The notes under the pieces: generated by a model
What the model was told of the DNA's origin: nothing
The model's input: only the letters and a program-made list of their open reading frames with translations
The model's database searches: none
Shown here: piece after piece, positions 25,357-32,000 of the stretch
Layout: each line of letters opens with the position of its first letter
Position numbering within the stretch: position 1 is the first letter of the stretch
Assembly: GCA_943789275.1 (NCBI GenBank)
Contig: CALSTM010000002.1
Location: forward strand, 420,001 to 452,000
Source: Candidatus Poseidoniaceae archaeon
GTDB taxonomy: Archaea > Thermoplasmatota > Poseidoniia > Poseidoniales > Poseidoniaceae
Direction: 5' to 3'
Length of the DNA stretch: 32,000 nt
Position numbers and translations under genes: made by a program

Positions 25357-26784
25357 ATGTTTACAGGTGTAATTGAGTCCAAAAGCCACGAAGGTGGTTT
25401 TCTTGTTTCGTTCACCGGTTCATCACCGGCCCTTGAATCGATTATCATCAATGCTGAATCTGGTATTTACATTGGCAAAGTCGATGCAGTCCTTGGGAAC
25501 ACCAACGCTCCTCTTGCCCACGTGGCTCACATTGACCGAAAACTCGACCTTGATGCTCTCATCGGTGTCGAAGTAGGAATCCGCGCCAAAAAGCAACGAG
25601 AAGAGCGTAGCAGAGGATCTGAAAGAGACGGTCGAAGGGACGATCGTAGAGGTGGCCGAGATGACGGAGGATACCAAAGCAGAGACCGACAGGGTCGGCG
25701 CTTCGAACGGAACGACCGTGGTCGCAGTGACAACCGTGGCGGTGGTGACTGGGATTGTCCAAAATGTCAAAATTCAAACTTCGCATTCCGAACCGAATGC
25801 AACCGATGCGGTGAACCCAAAGGACACGGTGGAGGCCGTGGGCGAAGCGATGACCGCAGAGGCGGACGAGACGACCGTGGGTACCAAAGTCGAGACCGAC
25901 AAGGCGGTCGCTTTGAACGAAACGACCGAGGTCGCGGTGACAACCGTGGCGGTAGCGACTGGGATTGTCCAAAATGTCAAAATTCAAACTTCGCATTCCG
26001 AACCGAATGCAACCGATGCGGTGAACCCAAAGGACACGGTGGAGGCCGTGGACGAAGCGATGACCGTAGAGGCGGACGAGACGACCGTAGAGGCGGACGA
26101 GACGACCGGGGTAACAGAGGCGGACGCGGTGGAGAAATCTACAACGATAACGACTGGGATTGTCCAAAATGCCAGAACTCAAATTTCGCATTCCGGAACG
26201 AATGCAACCGATGCGGAGAACCTCGCGGTGGTGGCGGAGGCCGTGGTCGAAGCGATGACCGCAGAGGTGGCCGGGACGATCGAAGTCGGGGCGGTGACCG
26301 CGGTTACCAAAGCAGAGACCGACAAGGTGGACGCTTTGAGAGAGGAGGAGGCGGTGGTAACGAAGACCGTCGCGATGGCGATTGGGACTGTTCCAAATGT
26401 CAGAATTCTAATTTTGCCTTCCGAACAGAATGCAACCGATGCGGTGCATCACGTGGTGGAGGCGGAGGGCGTGGACCTCGCAGAGACACTCGAGAACGAA
26501 CGCCTCAACGCAATTCCGGTGATCGACCTCCTCGAAGAGAGTTTTCAGAACGACCCCCGCGAAGAGAGGGTGATCGACCTCCACGCAGAGATGGACGCGA
26601 CCGCCGCGTTGAACGAGGAACTCAGAATCGAGGTTCGTACAATCAAAGTCGCTCTCGAGGCGATGATCGACCAGCGGAACGCAAATCACGTGAACCTCGA
26701 ACCTTCCGAAAATCACGAGGAAATGGTCCGGGCCATGCCCACAACCGACCTCCTAAACCATTGACTCGAGAACGAGAAGATTGA
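25357..26784 (+). CDS. Gar1-like beta-barrel protein with Arg/Gly/Asp-rich repeats and four RanBP2-type zinc fingers
   Basis: AGGTGA lies 4 nt upstream of the ATG. Residues 1-78 resemble archaeal Gar1. There are four copies of DWDC(P/S)KCQNSNFAFR(T/N)ECNRCG, which fit W-x-C-x2-C-x3-N-x6-C-x2-C. RGG/RG-rich spacers and an RPPRR(E/D) x3 tail complete the protein. Confidence 0.8.
   Translation: MFTGVIESKSHEGGFLVSFTGSSPALESIIINAESGIYIGKVDAVLGNTNAPLAHVAHIDRKLDLDALIGVEVGIRAKKQREERSRGSERDGRRDDRRGGRDDGGYQSRDRQGRRFERNDRGRSDNRGGGDWDCPKCQNSNFAFRTECNRCGEPKGHGGGRGRSDDRRGGRDDRGYQSRDRQGGRFERNDRGRGDNRGGSDWDCPKCQNSNFAFRTECNRCGEPKGHGGGRGRSDDRRGGRDDRRGGRDDRGNRGGRGGEIYNDNDWDCPKCQNSNFAFRNECNRCGEPRGGGGGRGRSDDRRGGRDDRSRGGDRGYQSRDRQGGRFERGGGGGNEDRRDGDWDCSKCQNSNFAFRTECNRCGASRGGGGGRGPRRDTRERTPQRNSGDRPPRREFSERPPRREGDRPPRRDGRDRRVERGTQNRGSYNQSRSRGDDRPAERKSREPRTFRKSRGNGPGHAHNRPPKPLTRERED
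25640..26460 (+). repeat. in-frame coding tandem repeats (units of 210, 195 and 228 nt)
   Basis: The zinc-finger units start at 25747, 25957, 26152 and 26380. 25747..25841 is identical to 25957..26051 (95 nt). Confidence 0.85.
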
Positions 26785-26828
26785 GCGGTGAAGACGCATG
26801 AGTGCTGAACATCATTACCTGAACGCCG

Positions 26829-27833
26829 TTGAAGCGTACGATGAGAACGATGCTGAAAAAGCCTACGAGGAAGCTCGTAAGGCGGTCAAGCTTAGACCCT
26901 GAGCACATCGATGCCTGGCAAATTTGTGCAGAAACGATTCTCCCTCCGAAAGGAGAAAAGCCTTCCTTGATTCAAGCGGCAAAGTCGCTTGCTGCTGTTC
27001 GAAAAATCATCGAATTAGATCCGAACAGAACAGCAATGTGGATGCTTGGAGGACGTTTGTTGACAGATGAACTTGGTCTCCTCAGTGAAGGATTACAATG
27101 GTGGCAAGACCTTCGACACCATTTGCCAAAGGAAGTAACACCATTGGTTGAACAAGCATCACTTCTCGCCGATATGGGACATTATCTTGAGGCAAAGTAC
27201 CGACTTGACACCATCATTGAAGAAAACATGGATGGCGGCCCGAGCCAAATTGCAAAGATTCACCAATTGCGGAATCAAGTTATTGCTGCGGCAAATCTTC
27301 AACCAAGTGAGCATTTCAAGCCGTGGGAAAAACACCACAATGGATGGGGCGCTATCGAATCAAAGATGGGCAAAGGCCCTGTGTCGGAAAGTTTCCTGTT
27401 CATGATTACTACGGTTCCGGTTTTGTTTGCCGTAGTGATTTTTTCGAGGCAATTGGCCGGTGAAGGATGGGGTGCATTCTGTCTTACCAGTCTGATCGTA
27501 TTCGGCACCGTATTGTTCGGAATGCGATTTTCCAAAAATATGTTTCATAAAATCAACCGGCCAGCGTTTAATCTTCTTCGCGCTATGAATTTTGAAGCAA
27601 ATACGGGTTATTCAATCATCCATGAAGGCATTCGAACCTCAACGTTGTACATGTACATCATGCAAAGAAAGCCTGTTGCTTGGCAAGAGCGTTCGATGAA
27701 AATAATTGAAGATGCCACACCATTGCCGAAAAATTGGAAACCAAAATTCCCAGACTTTGATTCTCATCTTGATGAAATAGGATTCATTGATGAAGGTGAG
27801 GAAGATTCCTTTGAACCGTTTGAAGAAGAATAA
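26829..27833 (+). CDS. TPR-like N-terminal / two-TM membrane protein with an acidic C-terminus (5' end probably frameshifted, see findings)
   Basis: Long ORF containing TPR-like LDPEHIDAW and ELDPNRTAMW segments and hydrophobic helices FLFMITTVPVLFAVVIF and AFCLTSLIVFGTVLFGM. The track start is a TTG with no SD. Confidence 0.6.
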   Translation: MKRTMRTMLKKPTRKLVRRSSLDPEHIDAWQICAETILPPKGEKPSLIQAAKSLAAVRKIIELDPNRTAMWMLGGRLLTDELGLLSEGLQWWQDLRHHLPKEVTPLVEQASLLADMGHYLEAKYRLDTIIEENMDGGPSQIAKIHQLRNQVIAAANLQPSEHFKPWEKHHNGWGAIESKMGKGPVSESFLFMITTVPVLFAVVIFSRQLAGEGWGAFCLTSLIVFGTVLFGMRFSKNMFHKINRPAFNLLRAMNFEANTGYSIIHEGIRTSTLYMYIMQRKPVAWQERSMKIIEDATPLPKNWKPKFPDFDSHLDEIGFIDEGEEDSFEPFEEE

Positions 27834-27908
27834 TCAATTTGAATCCAAAGTGGCTGGACTCGCTTGAGAAACCGTTTGCATCATTAGACACGGCGGTTTG
27901 GAGTTATC

Positions 27909-28859
27909 ATGAAGCCGACAGATGAACAAGCAGGAGCATGGACAGAAGCCTTTGATTCAGGTAAATTTGTACGGAAATCCAGTGAATTTCGTGACCGTAT
28001 CGGTACAAACGAACTCTTTGGCGTCGAAAGTGGAAGATATCACCTCTACGTCTCGGATGCATGTCCTTGGGCGCACCGCACACTCATCACTCGAACCTTA
28101 CTCGGTCTTGATGCTCACATCACCGTAGATACAGTTGATTGGAGAATGAACACAGACGGGTCATGGTCGTTTAATCCGGAAGAAGAAGGGGCTACTGCAG
28201 ACACAGTCAACGGTGAAACCAGTCTTGAAGGGGTTTACAACCGTGCTTTTTCAGGATGGAACCAAAGCAATCGAATCGGGACCGTCCCCGTCCTGTGGGA
28301 TCGTAAGCACAACACTATTGTCAACAACGAAAGCCGAGAAATTGTTCGAATGTTCGATGCATTTGTCGATGCAGGAATGGGAAATGGAAGTTCACTCTGT
28401 CCACCCGAACTACGGGACGAGATTGATGCGATGATTGATTCAAACTACGAATCAGTGAACAACGGCGTGTATAAATCTGGATTTGCTCGGACTCAAGCCG
28501 CATACGATGAGGCGGTAACAGCTCTCTTCGCTCGTCTTGATGAATTGGAAGTTCACCTCAAAGGTAGAGAATGGCTTGTCGGTGGAGGTGTAGGCCAACT
28601 TACAGAAGCTGACATATGCCTCTTCACCACGCTTGCACGTTTTGATTTGGTATACGTCGTTCACTTCAAATGCAATCTTCGAAGAATCATTGATTACCCA
28701 AATCTCCAAGCTTTTGTTGAGCGTATGATTGATTTGCCTGGTGTGAAGAACACCTGCAACTGGCATCATATCAAGGCACATTACTTCTGGTCGCATCAGA
28801 ACATCAACACGTTCCGAATTATCCCGCTTGGACCGCTTGAAGGTGCTCATACACGCTGA
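27909..28859 (+). CDS. yqjG: Xi-class glutathione transferase / glutathionyl-hydroquinone reductase (YqjG/ECM4 family)
   Basis: GRYHLYVSDACPWAHRTLITR (the CPWA active site), TVPVLWDRKHNTIVNNESREIVRMF, and NNGVYKSGFARTQAAYDEAV. Collinear with E. coli YqjG. Confidence 0.9.
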   Translation: MKPTDEQAGAWTEAFDSGKFVRKSSEFRDRIGTNELFGVESGRYHLYVSDACPWAHRTLITRTLLGLDAHITVDTVDWRMNTDGSWSFNPEEEGATADTVNGETSLEGVYNRAFSGWNQSNRIGTVPVLWDRKHNTIVNNESREIVRMFDAFVDAGMGNGSSLCPPELRDEIDAMIDSNYESVNNGVYKSGFARTQAAYDEAVTALFARLDELEVHLKGREWLVGGGVGQLTEADICLFTTLARFDLVYVVHFKCNLRRIIDYPNLQAFVERMIDLPGVKNTCNWHHIKAHYFWSHQNINTFRIIPLGPLEGAHTR

Positions 28860-29000
28860 TAGAAGCAATGGCTGTGCCAGAATTCCAAACTGTTGAGATG
28901 AAGTGAATGTACTATCAAAGGTAATACAATCAGTTCCCTGAACATCAAAAGTAGACCTTGCTATCGCTCAACACTACCGCTTTAGACGGGCATCAAAAGG

Positions 29001-32000
29001 TCACTGTTGGCTTTGGGCATACTGCATAGCATATTGCTGTGCATAGGCTGCTGCAGTTTGTGCATCGTATCCTTGAGCAGTAAACTGCTGGTAATACTGC
29101 TGGTACACAGCCTGATCCATGACCGGGGCCGCTGCGGCTGGAGCTGCTGCGGCTGGAGCCGCTGCTGCTGCCTGCGTCGAATACTGTTGGGCATAGGCCC
29201 GAGCAGTTTCTTCAGGATAGCCTTGAGCAATCAACTGTTGAACGTATTGTTCAGTTTGGTCGACTACGCCGCCAAATCCGCTGTCAGACATTGAAAAGTC
29301 CTTGGCATTATCTTCACCGTCTCGGCGGAGGAAGAACATGGTTCCAACCAGAATAAGCAACAGAAGAGCGCCAATCATAATTGGAAGTCCCAGTCCATCA
29401 AGTGCACTTTCCGTCGAATCATCGTCGGTGTTTGATTGTGGCTGAGACCAGTTGCCATCGACAAGTGTCCAAGCACCAGACCATTCACATTCACCGTTGA
29501 TAAACACAAACTCGCCACCAGCAGCTTCTGCTTCTGGAGGGGCATCGACACCTTGACATGCAGCCAATTGGAATTCTTGCCATTTGACAATGACGTGGCG
29601 TTCATCAGGTGCTTGACCTTCATAGATGCGAATAAAGACACGCTGACTAACCGATTTGTTGGTGTAGAGGTCTTCGAGAGAGAGCGTGAGAGAGAACGTG
29701 TCTCCATCACCCAATCCGACCTTGGTCTTCGCCCATGTTTCGTCGTTCTCCATGTTGAATTTCTCAATAGCACTCGCAGTGAAACTGTCTTCCATGAACG
29801 CAATTTCAACATAGACATCGTTCTGAGATTCAGCACCTGACAGAACTGTTCCGGATACCGTGATCGTAGGCGTGGTGACCCGTGAATTGTTGAGATCAAA
29901 GTTAATGTCAACATCAGGTTCATCGTCACCGAAGTCGTTTGGAACGACGACGAAGTACATTCGGTGCTTCTCAGAGAACTTGTCAGCACCGTCGAAGACA
30001 ACCAGTTCAATGCGTATCTCTGTGTTTGAGGCGCCGGTAGCATCGGTTGTCAAGTTACTGAAGGTGTAGGCAAACAAACCATCACTGGCCGCAGTCTGAA
30101 TAAATTCGTGGCCTTCGATATCAAAGTCATCGTCTCCATACGGAGCGTCAAACAGAACCTTCCATTCATAGCGTTCGATACCGTTTCCATCTAGAGCGTC
30201 TTCATCAGAAGAGTTTCCTGCATCGAAATACACGGTAACTCCACCGTTGTTTTCATTCAACCGGATTTGGTGAACATCCCATTCTTTTGACTGGATGGTG
30301 TTGGTTCCCAAGAAGTCAATCTGTTCTGCGTATTCATCACGCATGTCAATTTCTGCGTCTGCAGTAGGTCTGAATGCATCTGCATAGACGTCGTTGGTTT
30401 CTACAGTCACTGAAATCACACGAGAGTGCCCTTGGGCGTCATGAAGAATAAGCGTGATGTCCCATTGCTCGCCTTGTGTGCAACCGGTAGCAGATGCAAG
30501 GTCGGTCTTACAGAACATCATCAACGGATTGTTCTCCGAGGTGTGAGCAGTTCCGCTTGCCATAGTTGCACCCGTCCATGAGGTTGGACCATCGATAATC
30601 CAATCCGTGTTCAAAGATTCAGTTGTATCTGAAACAAAGGAGAAGGTGAGTTCTGCATTGCTCTTGATGTAATGTTCCTTGTAACCACCGGTACTTGGGT
30701 CGTTGTCAGGAGTTACGCCGTTGATTTGCAAATCAAGGCCATCACCAAGCACACCGAATCCGGTTGGGTAGGGTGTTACTTGGTAACTGAGCATGTTTCC
30801 AAGAAGAGGCAAGGTTGTGCTGTCTGCTCGCTCTGAGTGCGTTGCAACGTCAATTGTCGAGACAATCAGTCCACCGGCTTGGTAACTGCAAACACCCAAG
30901 ATGGTATCTTTCTGTTGTGCTAGAGTTCCGTCTTGACGGATGATTCTTTGGAATGTACCGTCTTTCTTGGTTTCACTGTATCCACCGCAACGCTCTGGGA
31001 CATTGTTCGCACTCTGAGAGTTCGTGTCCAGGACCGCTGTAGCAACGGTTGAGGATGCATCGAATCCTTGGAATGCCGCAAGGTCAACGTTTTCCATAAG
31101 TGGGTGGTATGGATCTGCGAAGTTCGTTTCTGCGTATGTGATTGGCGTTTCTCCGAGGTTCTTACTCTGAATGTTCAATCCAAACGGAAGTCGTCCAGAC
31201 AAACCTTGTTCAAGACCGTAAACTTGGCTTCCTTGTGGTCCAAGGTGGGCTTGTACTGTTCCACCTGCATACATGAAGCCCTCAAGGGTGTTCTTGTTTG
31301 CTGTTGAGCCCAACTTCTGATAGTAACCTCGTCCACCGTTTTCGATGTCCTTAGCAGCGATATCAGTTTGCCATGGCAATACAATCTTGTCGTAGTGAGT
31401 AAACCAGCCGCTAAGGAAGTAAGTGTCCCAATCGTTAATGTCGAATTGAGTGTAGGTCATTCCGAGTAGATTCAAATCTTCCTTGATTGCAGATGTTCGC
31501 GGTGAAGTGTCCGAAAGAATGGCTACATCTACCGAATCAGCAAAGGTTGCATGGAAGTAACGAACGTTACCTGACGGGTTGCCATTCGCAAGTTCAGCAT
31601 CGAAACTGATGTTGTACTCGTGTCCGTCTTGCCATCCGTTCCACGGCGTAAAAGACACATCGATGAGTTGGTGCGAGTCAAGAGATTGAGCAGGACCAGC
31701 CGTCGTGGTATGAGCTTGTGAACCTGCAGTCATGTCGAAGATGTTCATGTTGAACACGTAGTCACCTGCAAGAACTCCGTTGGTTGCCTTGACGGTCCAA
31801 TCGTGCGTAAGTGCACTGTCAATCGGCATAACACATTCAAGCGTTTGGTCGTTCAAACAGTTGAGTGTGTTTGGCTTACCCAAGGTGATATCAACCGATT
31901 CAACGTTGAAAATCACCGTCTCACGGTTGTTCGAAAGGGACAACTCATTATCGTTGAACCAGGACTTTCCAACCGTGGTGTTGTCGAAAATGGTCTCAAC
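29001..32000 (-). CDS. very large cell-surface protein, partial (N-terminus beyond the window), with a C-terminal TM anchor and a Q/Y/A-rich cytoplasmic tail
   Basis: The reading frame stays open from 31943 to the window edge, and the track start is only a TTG. TM helix GLPIMIGALLLLILVGTMFFL at 29328..29396, followed by a 108-aa tail. The ectodomain is Thr/Asn/Asp-rich. Confidence 0.8.
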   Translation of the reverse strand, partial: VETIFDNTTVGKSWFNDNELSLSNNRETVIFNVESVDITLGKPNTLNCLNDQTLECVMPIDSALTHDWTVKATNGVLAGDYVFNMNIFDMTAGSQAHTTTAGPAQSLDSHQLIDVSFTPWNGWQDGHEYNISFDAELANGNPSGNVRYFHATFADSVDVAILSDTSPRTSAIKEDLNLLGMTYTQFDINDWDTYFLSGWFTHYDKIVLPWQTDIAAKDIENGGRGYYQKLGSTANKNTLEGFMYAGGTVQAHLGPQGSQVYGLEQGLSGRLPFGLNIQSKNLGETPITYAETNFADPYHPLMENVDLAAFQGFDASSTVATAVLDTNSQSANNVPERCGGYSETKKDGTFQRIIRQDGTLAQQKDTILGVCSYQAGGLIVSTIDVATHSERADSTTLPLLGNMLSYQVTPYPTGFGVLGDGLDLQINGVTPDNDPSTGGYKEHYIKSNAELTFSFVSDTTESLNTDWIIDGPTSWTGATMASGTAHTSENNPLMMFCKTDLASATGCTQGEQWDITLILHDAQGHSRVISVTVETNDVYADAFRPTADAEIDMRDEYAEQIDFLGTNTIQSKEWDVHQIRLNENNGGVTVYFDAGNSSDEDALDGNGIERYEWKVLFDAPYGDDDFDIEGHEFIQTAASDGLFAYTFSNLTTDATGASNTEIRIELVVFDGADKFSEKHRMYFVVVPNDFGDDEPDVDINFDLNNSRVTTPTITVSGTVLSGAESQNDVYVEIAFMEDSFTASAIEKFNMENDETWAKTKVGLGDGDTFSLTLSLEDLYTNKSVSQRVFIRIYEGQAPDERHVIVKWQEFQLAACQGVDAPPEAEAAGGEFVFINGECEWSGAWTLVDGNWSQPQSNTDDDSTESALDGLGLPIMIGALLLLILVGTMFFLRRDGEDNAKDFSMSDSGFGGVVDQTEQYVQQLIAQGYPEETARAYAQQYSTQAAAAAPAAAAPAAAAPVMDQAVYQQYYQQFTAQGYDAQTAAAYAQQYAMQYAQSQQ

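Noticed and set aside
25640-26460. The regular repeats of about 200 nt could be read as a CRISPR-like or satellite array.
   Set aside because: All periods are multiples of 3. The repeats lie in one open frame encoding Cys4 fingers. There is no short repeat/unique spacer alternation, and there are no cas genes.
25559-26764. Long alternative-frame ORFs over the zinc-finger gene (25652..26764 +, 370 aa; 25559..26191 -, 210 aa; 25423..25770 -).
   Set aside because: They are shadows of the repetitive, GC-biased codon composition. Their products are low-complexity T/V/A strings with no SD or motif. The 25357 frame has an SD, a folded N-terminal domain and four exact zinc-finger signatures.
28890-28945. 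Possible C/D-box sRNA in the convergent intergenic region (GATGAAGTGA ... CTGA).
   Set aside because: The C box deviates from RUGAUGA. There is no C'/D' pair or terminal stem, and the spacing is poor.
29375-30043. A 222-aa minus-strand ORF and several plus-strand ORFs inside the large surface-protein gene.
   Set aside because: They are out-of-frame shadows within a continuous ORF of more than 999 codons, and they have no independent start signals.
1-32000. Scan for rRNA, tRNA, CRISPR arrays, transposases/integrases, phage genes or defence-island hallmarks.
   Set aside because: I could not support any of these. All intergenic gaps are under about 150 nt and lack cloverleaf-like or repeat-spacer structure. 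The window looks like core or shell chromosome and not a mobile island.

Overview
Gene-dense chromosomal segment with about 30 CDS and short or overlapping intergenic gaps. I saw no rRNA, tRNA, CRISPR or IS/integrase genes. The gene content reads as a planktonic marine archaeon carrying many bacterial-type metabolic genes. My best guess is a Marine Group II/III-like Thermoplasmatota, but that is inference only. The archaeal signals are an archaeal-type RibB, RibL, a Gar1-like barrel, and Shine-Dalgarno motifs (GGTGA/GAGG) matching an archaeal 16S tail. These sit next to bacterial-type GpsA, acyl-CoA dehydrogenase, eubacterial-type riboflavin synthase and a YqjG-type GST. Left third: acyl-CoA dehydrogenase, CaCA exchanger, aquaporin, a fused E1 alpha-beta TPP dehydrogenase, a TM2/Q-rich protein, TVP38, an orphan response regulator, trxB plus a MoeB/ThiF-rhodanese E1, and a ribB-ribL-ribE-ribH operon. 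Middle: an EndoIV-like TIM barrel, gpsA, and a minus-strand operon encoding a two-lobed transferrin-like/PhnD-like binding lipoprotein with PhnC/PhnE-type ABC components, preceded by two palindromic boxes. Right third: an ABC-2 pair plus a doubly anchored surface protein, a Gar1-like protein with RGG-type spacers and four RanBP2-type zinc fingers, a TPR/membrane protein with an apparent 5' frameshift, a Xi-class GST, and a surface protein of more than 1000 aa that runs off the window. The two top leads are the transferrin-like ABC uptake system (16442..20339) and the Gar1-RGG-RanBP2 protein (25357..26784).
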